Source: Eledone cirrhosa (lineage: Eukaryota). From it: DNA of 64,000 bases. The DNA is taken from positions 48,980,001-49,044,000 of the forward strand of contig OZ024746.1 in assembly GCA_964016885.1 (NCBI GenBank), given 5' to 3'. Below, in pieces: positions 26,756 to 40,252 of the stretch. The first letter of the stretch is position 1. Every line of letters begins with the position of its first letter. Below the pieces are notes generated by a model. That model was not told where the DNA came from and did no database searches. It saw nothing but the letters and a program-made list of their open reading frames with translations. A program made the position numbers and the translations under genes.

Positions 26756-27770
26756 TGTTTCTTTATTAGCCACAGGGGCACAAAAGAAGGGGACAAATAC
26801 AAAGGGGGAAGTTTACATACAATAAAAACGTGTAAAATGTTATCACAAATGCAATTTAAAAAGTTAGTCGATTTTCCCCAACAGGGGGAGACAGTTTATA
26901 TGGGTAACACTTACCCCCCAAAAAATGTGCAACCCTCATCTGCAGGAGTACGAAGAGTTTGTACTCCTTTCCTCTCCTCCTCCTTTTCCTCAACCTACAG
27001 GCTGATATAGAGTGAAGGCCCATTCACTCGGGCCATTCTCGCCACTTTCACCCCCCTTTCATAAAACTTGCTGGGGTACAGCACCTCTCTCTCTCCATCC
27101 TGATTCTTCTTCCAAAGTGGTATTTGTAAAAAAGAATCAGTTGTTGGCCGGAGAGAAAGGTGTCTGACCTCAGCCCTTTCAACCTTGTCCACCATACAAC
27201 CTCTTTCGCCATAGCTATCACACAAAGGAAAACCGCCTCTCCTTCGTTTTTGAAGGAGGGTGGCGGTTTGATCATGACAATGGACTCGGTGGTCAACCGG
27301 ATTGGTCCCACCCGCGACAATAGTCGTTCTACATAGCCCCACAGGTCAGTGACGCCCGGGCAGTGTATGAATGCGTGCGCGACGGTTTCTTCGTCTCGCA
27401 CGCACCTCGGACAGATCTTTTTTGCAGGGTCCCTGCCCGGGCGCCCATGTCTGTAGAGCTTGTCTCGAACTGGTAGAGCTCCTCGGTAGCACTGCCAGGC
27501 CAGGGACTTTTGGAAGTTGTCCATCGGTCCCGGGCGGAAGATCCTACCGAACAGACTGGCCAGTTCATCTTCCTCTACGCCTAGAGTTTCACCGAAAAAA
27601 ATTTTCAAACGAATATTTCGCCCCTGTAGGGGCGAAAATGAGTTGACCCACCACCTGAAGGTCAGACGGAGGGTCAAGTTACACAATAATATAAAATTTA
27701 ACTGAAAACTCACGTTTTATTCTTACATAAAATAACGGAAACTTCTCCGCGAAGTTACACACGTCTGGTA
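26756..27770 (-). mobile_element. Internally deleted copy of the same LINE (5' ~175 bp fused to 3' ~840 bp)
   Basis: 27595-27770 matches 26475-26650; 26756-27594 matches 20806-21641. Confidence 0.9.
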
Positions 27771-27870
27771 GAGAGATAGATAGATAGATAGACAAATAGA
27801 TAGAAATAGAGAGAGAGAGCAGGGGAGAAATAGATAGATAGATAGAGAGAAAGAGAGCTTGGGAGAGAAG

Positions 27871-27924
<54 letters not shown>

Positions 27925-27925
<1 letters not shown>

Positions 27926-30575
27926 TTCTTTATTTACCATAAAGGCATAAAAAGAAGGGACAAATACAAAGGGGGAGCTTACATGAAATCGAGTAAAAAG
28001 GGTATAAAATGAAAATAATCGAAAACAACCTCAAAAGGGAGGGGACGTGATGGGGGTTGCACACACCCCCGAAAAAGTGTGCAATCCTTTGCCCGGGGAG
28101 CACATGGAGAAGGTGCTCCCCTCTCCTTCACTTCTTTACCTACAGGATGGTATACAGAGAAGGCCCATTTACACGAGCCATTCTCGTCCCTATCACCCAC
28201 CTTTCATAAAACTGCTTGTGGCCAAGCACCTCTCTCTCCATTCTTATCCTTCTTCGGAAGAAGTAGACCAGACTATGGCCAGAGAGGATGTTGCCTGACC
28301 TCAGACCTTTCAATCGTGTCCACCAAACAACCTCTTTCAACATGGCTATTACGCACAGAAAAACCGCCTTTGCTTCCTTTGTGAAGAGGGGGGGGGGCGG
28401 CTTGATTGTCACCACGGACTCGGCAGTCAATCGAATCGGCGCCACCTGCGACAGTAGTCGTTCGGCGTAGCCCCACAGATCAGCCACGCCCGGACATTGC
28501 ACCAATGCGTGCGCAACGGTTTCTTCGTGACGCACACATCTAGGGCAAATCTTTTTCGAGGGATCCTTGCCCGGGCACCCGTGTCTGTAGAGCCTCTCTC
28601 GAACGGGTAGAGCCCCCCGGTAGCACTGCCAGGCTAATGACTTCTAGAAGTTGTCCATTGGTCCCGAGCCGAAAGTCCTACCGAACAGGCTGGCTAGTTC
28701 GTCCTCTTCCATGTCCAGCGACTCTCCAAGGGTGTCATCGCTAGCCACCAGCCCTCTATAGAATGATGAGGTGGATTCTCCACCGATGGCCTGGCCCGCT
28801 TGCCAGAGAGCCCTGAGCGCCTGGGCACACTCAGTGTGCCAGTCTCCCAGTTTTCCGGATCTTTGCTTGACCCAGGACTGCAGCTCGGTGAGCGAGACGA
28901 GTCTCGGAAAGGCTCGTTTCACGAACGGAGCCCACACCGGTTTACCAGTGAGGAATACCTGCAGGTGCCGTAGCCTTAATGCGTGCCTACGCATCATCAA
29001 CCATGGCATCCCCAGCCCTCCTTTCGAAGGTTGTTGGCAGCAGATGGATCTTCTCACCATAGGAGGGAGCTTCTTCCACAGAAATTGGAAGAGCATGCGT
29101 TCCATGGTGGTGAGTGTTTCCTTAGGTCAAGGCACGACAGTCAGGCGGTAGTAAGTGACGGACGCTATGTAAATGTTCACCACCTCCGCCCGACCTTTTA
29201 GGGACAGCTTACACTTGGCCCATTTCTTGGTTAGTGCAAACACCTTGTTCGTAACCTCGTCCCAGTTCTTTTCCACATGGAGGTCCGGTCCAAACCAAAC
29301 CCCAAGCAACTTCACCGGGCCCTCAGTCCAGTGTCCGACGACACCGTCGGGAGGCATCGGTCTGCCTCTCCACGTTCCGAGTTGCAGCCCGATGGATTTT
29401 TACCGGTTCAGTTTCGCTCCTGACAACCTTTCGTAATCCTCCAGTAAGGTACCGATCGCCTAGATCTCCGAGTCGGTCGATACCATTACTGTTACGTCAT
29501 CAGCGTAGGCGGACACCGCTTTGCTCAATCCTGGTTCCAGGGGGATACCCTGCAACAACTCCAACTTCCTCAGTAAAGGCTCGAGAGTCAATATGTACAG
29601 AAGGGAGGAGAGAGGGCACACCTGTCGAATGGATCGTGTGATTTCGAACGGCTTTGAAAGGTAGCCGTTCACCTTGATCCTAGAACAGTTGTGGTTGCTA
29701 TGTAAGGCAGTGATCCAGCCTCTGAAAACAGGACCGAACCCAGCCGCCGCTAGCACCGCATCCAGGTAACCATGGTCGACCCTATCGAAGGCCTTAGACT
29801 GATCCAAGTTGATCAGGGCCCCACCGAAGCCGGGTTTGTTGCCAACCCTCTCTATGATGTATCGTATGAGGTGGAGGTTATCGTGAATGGACCTGGATGG
29901 GATAGCACATGTCTGCGCATCTCCCACCAGGCCACCCACGACAAGCGCCAACCTTTTTGCTAACACCTTGGCCAAAATTTTTAACTCTGTGTTTAGCAGA
30001 GTTATGGGCCGAAAATTATTTATACTATCCCCCTTGTTCTCGTCCTTTCTCACCAGCGAGACTACGCCCTTGGCTACAGAACAAGGAATTCTCCCGTTCT
30101 GCTGCCAAATGCAGTAGACCGCTTCGAGGATTTCGGAGAAGAAGACCGGCATTGCTAAATAAATTTCGTAAGGTATACCATCGAGACCTGGAGATTTGTG
30201 TCTGCTGCATTGGCTCAGCGCATCCCCGATCTCATCAGCCGAGATTGGTCCCTCGCAGGACTCGAGAGACGCGGCAGGCCGTCGAGGTATGGACCGAAAT
30301 CCACGTCCCCGCCCGGACCCTCGCCTCCCCCGAATAATCGGGCAAAGTGCCTTTGAAAGGCCTCGCACATCTGCTTAGGTTCCCGGATCACCCGTCCATC
30401 CTCGTCTTGCAAAGACCGGATGGTGGATCGATTTCCACTCTTAGCTTCTGTCACGCGGACCCAGCCAACGGCTTTGGCCCCCTCATTACCTAGAGCACGT
30501 ATTTTACTTCGAATGACGCAGCCTTCGTGCTTTGCATCGAAAAACTGGTTCAAGGCCGTCCTCGATGCCAGCACT
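27925..30575 (-). mobile_element. 5'-truncated Tx1/L1-like LINE, sister subfamily
   Basis: KSPGLDG, NFRPITLLNTELKILAK, DQSKAFDRV, AYADDV; frameshifts; (GATA)n on both sides. Confidence 0.9.
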
Positions 30576-30637
<62 letters not shown>

Positions 30638-31639
30638 GAGAGAGCTGGGGAGAGATATTTAGAACAAAATCATCACAAATTAGTTGATATATTTTTGATA
30701 ATGTTTAAAAAAAAATGTAATCGATTTAAATGAATGTAGAATGAAATGCCATGATTTTCAAGAGTGATTAACAATATGTATTAAAAAAACCGCCATGAGA
30801 TTAAACACGGCAAGCGAGTTATAGTCATGAATAACGTCATCTATATTTCATATGCTCACGAATTACTTTAAAGAAGAGTGCATTCATCCGCCCAACTGTT
30901 GATGAAACGTGTTTGAGCCGTTTTTCATTTGCGGTAAATGCCATGTCAATACACTTGCGATAGAACTGCCTGGTAAAACAAACAGTATAATTACCACACA
31001 AATCCGTAATCAATATAAAACAATAGATAATCTCGATGTTTTTAAAAAGGAAGAATAACTCTTTGACCTAACAGAATAATATGGTTCTTTAGTAAATAGA
31101 ACAAACACAAGAGTGGCAGCCATATAATAACATCGTTTATAATGAGTTTAGAACATCAGCCTAGGGTGAAATCTAATTAATATAGAGTATATTTAATCAA
31201 GACCATGAATATTTTTCCGCTGAAGTGCAGCCTTAATCGATTTCATGCTTATGCAAGAATTCAGTAACATAATAGTAGAAAAATAAGATTGTTTGACGCG
31301 GCCTGACTTTCTGAAGGCCATTACTGGTGTGAGAGGGGTAAAAGTCTTACAACACGGGAAACTATAAACAATTTACACAGATGACACACAGAAAACTAAT
31401 ATACGTATACGAAAGGACATTTGAAATAGGATGTTTAAACATTAACTAAAATGGTAACGATTATCTTCTTAGCAATTAAATAACTGGAAATGAATGCATA
31501 GTACGACAACTTGCCAATCTTTAATAGATTTTGTCAATGTTACCTTGACTTTAATTATCCATCATAGAGAAAAAGCTGTGACCAAATAGTTGGAATTTAA
31601 ATTGATAATTATTTGTGTATGATTCCACTGACATCCACC

Positions 31640-32274
31640 TTCTGTGCTGTATCAACGCTTCATAATTTATCATGGGCAACGTAATTTAGGTTTTCTGTAT
31701 CTCCACTATCCCTGCACCTTCTTCCTAGTGACTTCGCTTAGAGCTTACAGTTCTGAGTTCAAATGAATACGTAAACTAAATATATGAGTGGGATCTTATT
31801 CTATCAATCATATATCTGTGTAAATATTGGCCAACTCTGTCATGCCTTGATTTATAATCTACTGGTGCTTACATCCTGAGATTAAATGGTCAATACAAAA
31901 TCGGCACTTTGGATCTACTTCATTTATCATCACATTGGCTCCATAGTTCAGAGTTAATAAGATTTATTAATTAGTAATATTATTACCATGTCCTCCCTCA
32001 GGATTGATCTTAATTCGTTGGTTTAGTCGAGTTGTAGACCATATCCAGTGGAGGTAAGTATCATGACGTTGTTTCCCTTTTTTCAATTTATATCTAATTC
32101 CTTCCGTATTATCCTAGCCGTCCCATGCAAACAGGTTTTCTGTAACATTTCTACCATAAGATTCAGTTTCAGTTTTTTTTATCAATATTTGTGATTGTCC
32201 TTAAGCCGCCAACGTCTACTGGTATCATTCCACCTTTTTCATCTTCCACATTCTTAATATTTCATATTTCAGGG

Positions 32275-32275
<1 letters not shown>
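31640..32275 (-). mobile_element. Old degenerate Dong/R4-like LINE remnants
   Basis: Patches similar to 37150-37800 (e.g. atattggccaactctgtcatg, aatcggcacttt). Confidence 0.55.
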
Positions 32276-32328
<53 letters not shown>

Positions 32329-32329
32329 G

Positions 32330-35300
32330 TTGTTATTCCTTGAATCTCAGTCATTGATGTTGGTTAACTGGAAAGTCCGTTGGATTGAATATCAAGCCAC
32401 TACCTGCAGCCTCAGATATTCAGGACGTATCGGAGGGTTCTTGCTGTTCCAAGCAAGCATGCCTTTTGAAGCGTTCCAAAAAGCGTGAAGGGGCCGATTT
32501 TCTTTAACCATCCCTGGAAACTTTTGGAGATAGTCCCCAGTGCGCCTATGACAATCGGGATCACTTTGACTTCATGGCAGTTCCAAATCCTTTTCACCTC
32601 CCACTTTAGGTCCTGGTATCGGTTAATTTTCTCCCTCTCCTTCTCTTGCACTCTCGTGTCGAACGGGCAGGCAACATCCACAATCAAACACGATCTTTTT
32701 TCTTTGTCCACAACCACCAGGTCAGGTCTATTGTGTTCCAGTTTTTTGTCCGTCTGTATCCTAAAATCCCACAGCACCTTCACCTGATTGTTCTCCATCA
32801 CCGCCTCTGGCCTATGCTCATACCATTTCTCAGAATGTGGTAGATTGTTTACTTTGCATAGGTGCCAGTGGATCACCCTGCCCATCACATCGTGTCTCCA
32901 GCCCTTATAGTGGGTCTGGGCTAGGTGTTTACACTCGGACACAATGTGAGCCACAGTCTCCTCTCTCTCTCCACAGATCCTGCACAGTGGGCTAGCCTCC
33001 TCCTTGTAGATATGGTGCTTCAACCACTTCGTTTTGAGGGCCTGCTCCTGCGCAGCCATTAGCATTCCTTCTGTAGCCTTTTTGAGGTCTCCTCTTCTCA
33101 ACCAGTTCCATGTCTGTGGATCTCTAAATTCAGTTTTCTCAAAGAAGGTACTATGAAGGGATTTTCCCTTAAGGCTGCTCTTCCTCCTTGATGTTATTTC
33201 CTCCTTGGACATCCCCTGGCCTACTGTCCCCTCCTTCAGTACAGTTCTGAGCATTGGCTCCTTACTATAGGTCACGTATTTGTATAGGTTGTTTTTCTCC
33301 ATCTGAACACAGTCCTCTATGCTGATAAGACCTTTTCCACCCTCAGATCTCCTTAGGTAGAGTCTATCGACATCACTCCTCTTGTGGAACATGTTGTAGA
33401 TAGTCAATAGCTTCCTAGTCTTCCTATCCATTTCTTTTTGTTCAGCAACATTCCATCGGGAATTTACTGCGCTTATGGCATTTCTGCTGTTCAGATGTGA
33501 CTTCAATACGCTCCTTACTCTCCGAATGTATTCAGTTCTTAACAATTCCTTCATTTTTTTGTTCTTTATGCCATCAGCCTCCAGAACGCCCAAATACTTG
33601 TATCCTTCCTCAGAGTCAATTTCCTTTATCATCTCACCTGTTGGTATCTGGATCCCGTTACTTCTGCTCAACCTACCCCTCTTCATCACAATGACTCCAC
33701 ATTTACCAATACCAAACTGCATACATATATCACTGCTGAAAATACGGACAGTGTCAACAAGCACATCCAACTCCTTCTCACTTTTCCCGAAGAGCTTAAG
33801 ATCGTCCATGAAGAGGAGGTGATTGATGGTAAGCTCTCCCCTTCCCAACTTGTATCCTGCTCTCACTTTTCGCAGCATAATGGTCAAGGGCATCAGGGCA
33901 AGGACAAACAACAGAGGGGACAGGCTATCTCCCTGGAAGATACCTCTCTTGATCTTCACGCTTCCCAAGGATACTCCAGTTGATGTCAACTCTGTCTCCC
34001 AGGACCCCATACTCCTGCCTAGCAACTGTCTGATGTTATCTGCCACCCTGAAGATCTCCAGGCTTTTGGTGATCCAGGAATGAGGCACCATGTCAAATGC
34101 CTTTCTGTAGTCTATCCATCCCATGGCAAGATCAGTGTGTCTCCTCCTGCAGTTCCCCATTACCATCTTATCAATAAGCAACTGGTCCTTTGTACCACGT
34201 GACTTCTTTCGGCATCCTTTCTATTCGTCCGGTAACAAGTTGTTTGTGTGGAGGTGATGGTAGATTTCCTCAGACACAATGCTCGTCAACAGTTTCCACA
34301 TTACGGACAGACATGTGATAGGTCTATAGTTGGTAACATCATTACCCTTGATTCGGTCTTTCATTATCAGAACTGTGGTACCTTTTGTCAACCACTCTGG
34401 CACCTCACCCGACACCAAGCAGTCATTGAACATGGCCGTCAGCTTCGGGTGGAGGGATGTTAAATGTTTAATCCAATACCCCTGCACACCATCTGGGCCT
34501 GGTGATTTCCAGTTGGTTAGTTTTTTGGCCTGCCCCTTAAGAGTTTCAACTGTGATACTCAAATCAGTTTGTTGCTGTGCCTGCTCACCGATCTCCCTCT
34601 GTACTGTCTCAATCCACCCTGCCTGGGCATTGTGTCTAACATCCTGCTCCCATATTCCTCTCCAGAATGTTTTAGCTTGTTCCGCCCCAGGGATCAAGTC
34701 GTTGCCTCTTTCTTTCCCCTCAAGCTGTCCAAACAGCATCTTCTGGTTGTTGTCGAACATGCGGTTCTGTTTATACTGACTGACTCTGTTCTCGTATCGC
34801 CTGATTTTGGCACTCTTTGCTACAATGCGTTGCTTCAATTCCTCTATGATAATATTTAGCTTTTTACTCCTAGTTTTGTATTTTATTTCCAGTCTATTTT
34901 TAGTGCCTATGTTTTTTAGTGTCCCATTCAGTAGTGACTCAAGCTTTCCTATGTCATTTCTCATTTCCCCGATTTGCCCACTCAGTCGCTTCTTCCACCA
35001 CGGCTCTGCTCTTTCTTGTCTGTTGTTTCCTCTCGCTTTTATACCAAGTAGTTTCCTCACCGTATTTGCTGTTGCTTTGAGGATATTGTTGCACTGGTGA
35101 AGACTCCTCGCCTCAAGGTATGGGATGACTTTGTTTACCTTAGCTGTTGTTTCTTTTAACTTTTTCCTGTCTACAAATCTTAGGTTCATAGGTCACCCAC
35201 TATCATTGTTCAATTCATCTACCACTAGATTTAGGATGTCAACCGAATCTTGTCCTAGCCCGTCAGCATTCATCTCCTCAGTGGCCGTATCTCTGTTCCA

Positions 35301-35900
35301 GGTATTATTTATCTCAGTATTCAGATCATTGTCTGCTTCGGGTGGTTCCTCCGTTCTCAGGACCTCCTCACCTTCATTTCCCACCGGCTCGCTTGTCTGG
35401 CATACTACACCCGCCATCTCCAAGCCATTCTCTCTGCTCAGTTCCTCCAGTTCCAGCTCGCTTATCCACCCATTAGTTCTTATTACCCGAGCCTGCCCGG
35501 CCAATTTTTGTTCATCTAATTTAAATAAACCAATCTCGTTCCAGATGTTATGCATCCGTCTCCTGTAGCCCCTCTCCTTGGGGTTACTTTTCAGGTAGCA
35601 TTGCATAACAGTTCTATTCAATTCTTTCGTCCAGTTGGTTCTGGCCCCTTTCCTTCTTCTTCTTCCTCCAACATCAGCAGTATTTGGTTGACAGTCAGGT
35701 TCCTGCTGCTGAGCCAGGGGCCACCTGTTGGGTGAGAGTCTGTCACATGACGTTCTAGTCTCCATTTCACCGTTATTCGAACTGTTTATGTTCGATATTT
35801 AAACACTCTTATCTAGGATCGGCGAATGTATGTTTACATAGCCATCTGTGGATCCGCCATCCCACTTGGCCCTTGTGTGGCATTATCACCACGCTGTATA
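32330..35900 (-). mobile_element. Near-full-length Dong/R4-clade non-LTR retrotransposon
   Basis: Single RT-RLE ORF; 3' end abuts (AAT)n at 32275-32328, the known Dong-type target. Confidence 0.9.
32412..35765 (-). pseudogene. RT + CCHC + restriction-like endonuclease ORF with two in-frame stops
   Basis: NYRPITCL, DYRKAFD, QGDSLSP, FMDDLK, CRIC..H..EC, RH, PDLVVVD..VDVACP; TGA at 35193-35195 and TAG at 34221-34223 in one frame. Confidence 0.92.
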
Positions 35901-36856
35901 CGAACACACATAAACAAACAAACACACGGGCAGAAAGGGCCCCAAAAATGAATAAGCATAAGTTTCATTGTAATGTAGTATTCGAATGTCTGACTTAGTT
36001 TTTGTTTTTTAAGTTTTACTTTTTCCCCCCTCTTCTCTGTCCGTCCGCCTGCTTCTCTCTTCATTCTTATTTTCTTTACGTTTTTGGGGTTTTTTTTTTG
36101 TTTTTGTTTTTCTCTGTTTGTTTTTCTCGTTTTTTGCTGTTGTTGCTGTGCTGCTTTGGTTTTGTTGTTTGTTTTTTCTTTTTTCTTTTGAGTCTATCTA
36201 TATATTTTGATGCCTTCCTCTTTGTTAGTAGTAGGGATTCTATAATGTGGAAGTAGTAGTAGCAGCCAGCAGGGAGAAGTGGGAGAGGGCGGCGTTGGCG
36301 ATACTGAGACAGTGGTGGTGGTGATGTCGATACCGAGGCAGTGGTGGCGGTGATGCGACCGTATTACTGTAGTGATGGTGCTGTAGCGGTGGCAGCAGCA
36401 GTGAAGGAGTCAAGGGGTGGTGGCGGCGGTGATGGGATAGTGGTGGTAATGATGGCCGTAGTGAGCGGTGGCGGTGAAGGTGAAAATGGTGTTGTGTTTA
36501 GTGTACACAGATGATGGGGTGGGTGGTGTATCTAGTTTCTGGTGTTGGTGAGTTTAGCTGTCCTATATAGTGTAGCCAGAGGAGAGGAGGGGGGGGGGTT
36601 CTTCTTCTTCCATTTATAGCCATTTTTTTTTTTGGATATACAGTGTACAATACAAAGTTGAATATTTGAATATTTGAGCCTTATAACAATATATTTTGGG
36701 TCCGAATTTTTTGGGGCTCAAGCCGGGTGCTTTACGTAGCATTTGTACTAAGAGTTGTTATTTCACAAATGATTTAAATATGTTAAAAATTCAAAACTTA
36801 CGGGAGCGATTTCATGACCTCCGTCACCTCGTGCGTCTTATTCCCTTATATTCTTA

Positions 36857-36928
<72 letters not shown>

Positions 36929-36929
<1 letters not shown>

Positions 36930-38281
36930 TTGTTCTTATTTTCCTTCATTATTGTTTCTGAGATATATGCCGAGTGTCTTCCCGACACCTAGGGCAAATA
37001 AATTCACAGTGTGCATTGGTAAGCCAGTTAATACAGCACATAGATTATAATTAGAAAAAAAAAACAAAAAAAAACAAACATATATACTCATGTGCATATG
37101 CATATGTAAATACAAGGAGGGATATCAGTCTTACAGAGATAGTGCTCTTCTCAATACGTGTGCAATACCAGTCAAAACAATGTTTTGCCCCTCATGCAGA
37201 GAGGGCAAACCAGGAATCATTCGCAAAAATTGTTCTGTTCCTTTCTTGATCATACCCAGTCCTCCCACAATCGGTGGTATTGTAACGGCCTTGAGGTGCC
37301 ACATTTTCTCAATTTCAATAAGCAGATCTTTATATTTTCGTAGCTTGTCAAACTCTTTTGCCGCGATATTGTGATCACATGGGACGCTCATATCTATCAA
37401 CAAACAGACCTTGTTATGTTGATCTTTTATAATGATGTCAGGTCTATTTGCTTTTATGGTCCTGTCAGTATGTACAGGAAAGTCCGAGAGAATTGTTACT
37501 TTTTCTCCTTCAGTTACAGCCTCAGGGTGATTGTTGTACCACTTGTTTTCAGCTTTGATTTTGTAATGCCGACATATTACCCAGTGTAGATATTGGCCAA
37601 CTCTGTCATGTCTATATTCGTATTCTACTGGTGCTAAAACTTTACATCCAGAGACTAAGTGATCCACTGTTGCAACACCGGCATTGCAGAATCGGCACTT
37701 TGGTTTTATTCCGTTTCTCCTCACATTGGCCTGGTAATTACGAGTCAATAAGCTTTGATCTTGGGCAGCTAAGATGAAGCCTTCACTCTCCGCCTTTAGC
37801 CCTGAACTACGTAGCCACTGACGGGTGTGCTTTTGGTCAACATCAGCTTGCTTGCTACGGGCCACATATTTGCCATGCAGAGGTTTGTGCTCCCAATTTG
37901 ATGCTAATTGTCCTTGCCCTTTTACTTTTGCCAGTGATTTTATGTGCTTAGCAACATCAGTTGCATCGGTTTCTTTAGTCTGTCCAGCCTGGGTATCAAG
38001 CATGAGATCAGTAGCATATTTTTTGCTCTCCTTCAAGATAGAATGAAGCATCTTACTTCTCTCATGCTTTTCAACAAGTTTCAGCATATAGTCCTTAGAT
38101 GTTTCAAGGTATTTGGCCAGACCAATGATGGTGGTCTTGTAAGCAAGTTCAAATTGGATCAGGCCACGGCCTCTCTGAGTTCTAGGAAGGTAAAGACGAT
38201 CCACATCTGCTTTTGGGTGATGCATCCTATTACAGGTCAGTAGCTTACGGACTTTGGTGTCGATTCTTTTGATTTTACTCA
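36929..38281 (-). mobile_element. 5'-truncated Dong/R4-clade LINE, second family
   Basis: HHPKADVDRLY, AAQDQ, CRFC..H..GC, RHD, RPDIIIKD..IDMSVP; (AAT)n on both sides. Confidence 0.9.
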
Positions 38282-38312
<31 letters not shown>

Positions 38313-38313
<1 letters not shown>

Positions 38314-38524
38314 GGGCGGTGGACTGGCAGAATCCGTAGAGCGTCGGACAAAATGCTTAGCGGCATAGAGTTATGGCCCTTTACATTCTGAGTTCAAATC
38401 CCACTGAGGTTAACTCTGCCTTTCATCCTTACGGGGTCGATAAAATAAAGTACCAACTGGAGTTGATATAACCGACTTTCCTCCTCCTCTTCAAATTGCT
38501 GGCCTTGTGCCTATATCAGAAACC
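38313..38524 (+). mobile_element. tRNA-derived SINE
   Basis: A/B-box-like tggcagaatc and gagttcaaatccc; core gcctttcatccttacggggtcgataaaataaagtacc shared with other copies. Confidence 0.85.
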
Positions 38525-39180
38525 ATTATTATTATGACAAATGATATGTCGCTAAACATTGGACTTTAGAGAGTCACGTCCATCAACTGCAGTTAGGTTT
38601 CCAATACCAGAGAGACAGTTGATGCGTTTTAAAGATAATGTTAGAGTATAGAGTGAATATTGTAATTAAGGTTTGTCAACATTTCCATCCACCCATGGAA
38701 GAGAAGAGTAAATAATATATTTACTCCTGCACGCTGCTGTCGTCGATTATAAGTAGACGTTTAATTTGAATATAATGAAAGCAAAATATTACTTAGAATC
38801 ATTGTATCCAATACCACAGATGTCCATATATAAGTGGCTTGCTATTGATTGATTTATCAATATTTAATATAAATTGAGATATATTATTCAAATATAACAA
38901 TGTAATAAGTGTGTTGAGGTGAAATCAATCAAGTGTGACATTGGGAATCTTAGACAAAATTTGGTTTTGATGTTTTGATATTGGCATGGTTAAAAGGATG
39001 TTTTAGAATTTAAAATAGTGATATGGTAAAATGTCTGATGTGGAATATCTTCCAATAGGTTATGAATACAACAACACGTGCACCTCTGTAGGGTGAGGGT
39101 GCTTATGTGATGGCGACGTCAGTGGATGGTTCTGACTATATTTATGACGATTTTGTAAGTATTATTTCAGATTGTTTATA

Positions 39181-39475
39181 TAAATATAAATTCAGCGAGA
39201 ATCGTATTTCGGCGAGTAGAAATAAGCAAAACTCAATTTCCGATTTGTGTGGCAAACCCCCCAAGGACCAAAAGAGACCAGAGCAATAAACATATGTTAT
39301 AAAGGCCATATAATGATCGAACAAGGATATCACTTTCTCAACAGGTATTTTGTTCTACGCCAGCGTTTTGAATCACTCAGTGTTTTGAAAGCACATGTGT
39401 AACGGTACAGGGGAGAAAACCCCAGATTTTGGCAAATGAATTCAGTATGTGTAATCGATGCAAAAACTGCATAAA
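39181..39475 (-). mobile_element. Family X partial copy lacking the middle ~200 nt
   Basis: Reverse complement aligns to 39655-39815 joined to 40005-40130. Confidence 0.7.
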
Positions 39476-39486
39476 TATATATATAT

Positions 39487-40122
39487 AATTCCTAAGCCGA
39501 AATACGATTCTCGCTAATTTATATTTGTATTAATCTCCAGAGTCTAGCTATTGACCAGTTAATTTTCTTGATTTTTTTAGTTGATTTTATTAACTGATGA
39601 ATAGCTTATGTTAACTTTAACCATTCTGTCGAGAGCTTTATTAGATTTGTGATGTTTTGCATTCTTGCAATATTATACACAACTGAATTCATTCGCCTAA
39701 AATAAGTGTTGCCTCCTTTGCTGAACTCCACGGGGTCAGTAATAGTCACACTTTGAATTAGCAGTTGAACTAAAACCTGTTGATAAAGTGGCTTCCTGGT
39801 TCAATCATCTTGCCAGAAGCCTAACATTATTTATATAAGCGGACAGTACTTGATTTAGGACTCGCAGAAACCCAAATACTGGATTTTACCAACCTTCCAG
39901 AGGTCCGGGTAAATTTTCAATCACATATATTTTTATTATTTGACCCCGAATTACTTGGTCGTTTCTTTGGGTGTGCGAATGTTTGTTTAACCATCGTCTC
40001 AGTGTTTTGGCCTTGAACGTATGTTGTAGCTCAGGTTCAACTGAATCATCGAGCGTTTGCCACACATCTCGGAAGTTGTTTTTCGTTAATTCCTAAGCCG
40101 AAATACGATTCTCGTTAATTTA

Positions 40123-40130
<8 letters not shown>
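39487..40130 (+). mobile_element. Family X full ~601-bp unit with ~40-bp terminal direct repeat
   Basis: cctaagccgaaatacgattctcg at 39491 and 40092; collinear motifs with the 615-bp array; (TA)n flanks. Confidence 0.8.
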
Positions 40131-40149
<19 letters not shown>

Positions 40150-40166
<17 letters not shown>

Positions 40167-40211
40167 AGTATGTATGTATACGTACATACAAATATGTATA
40201 CAGACGCACAG

Positions 40212-40252
<41 letters not shown>

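Noticed and set aside
35193-35195. Programmed readthrough in the Dong ORF
   Set aside because: TGA and TAG are simply explained by CGA and CAG transitions; the ORF also appears to have a deletion near NSRWN
39544-39608. ctgatga in family X as an HHR core, C/D box or SECIS
   Set aside because: No correctly placed GAAA or NUH, and the opposing ttgac is tccac in the other copy
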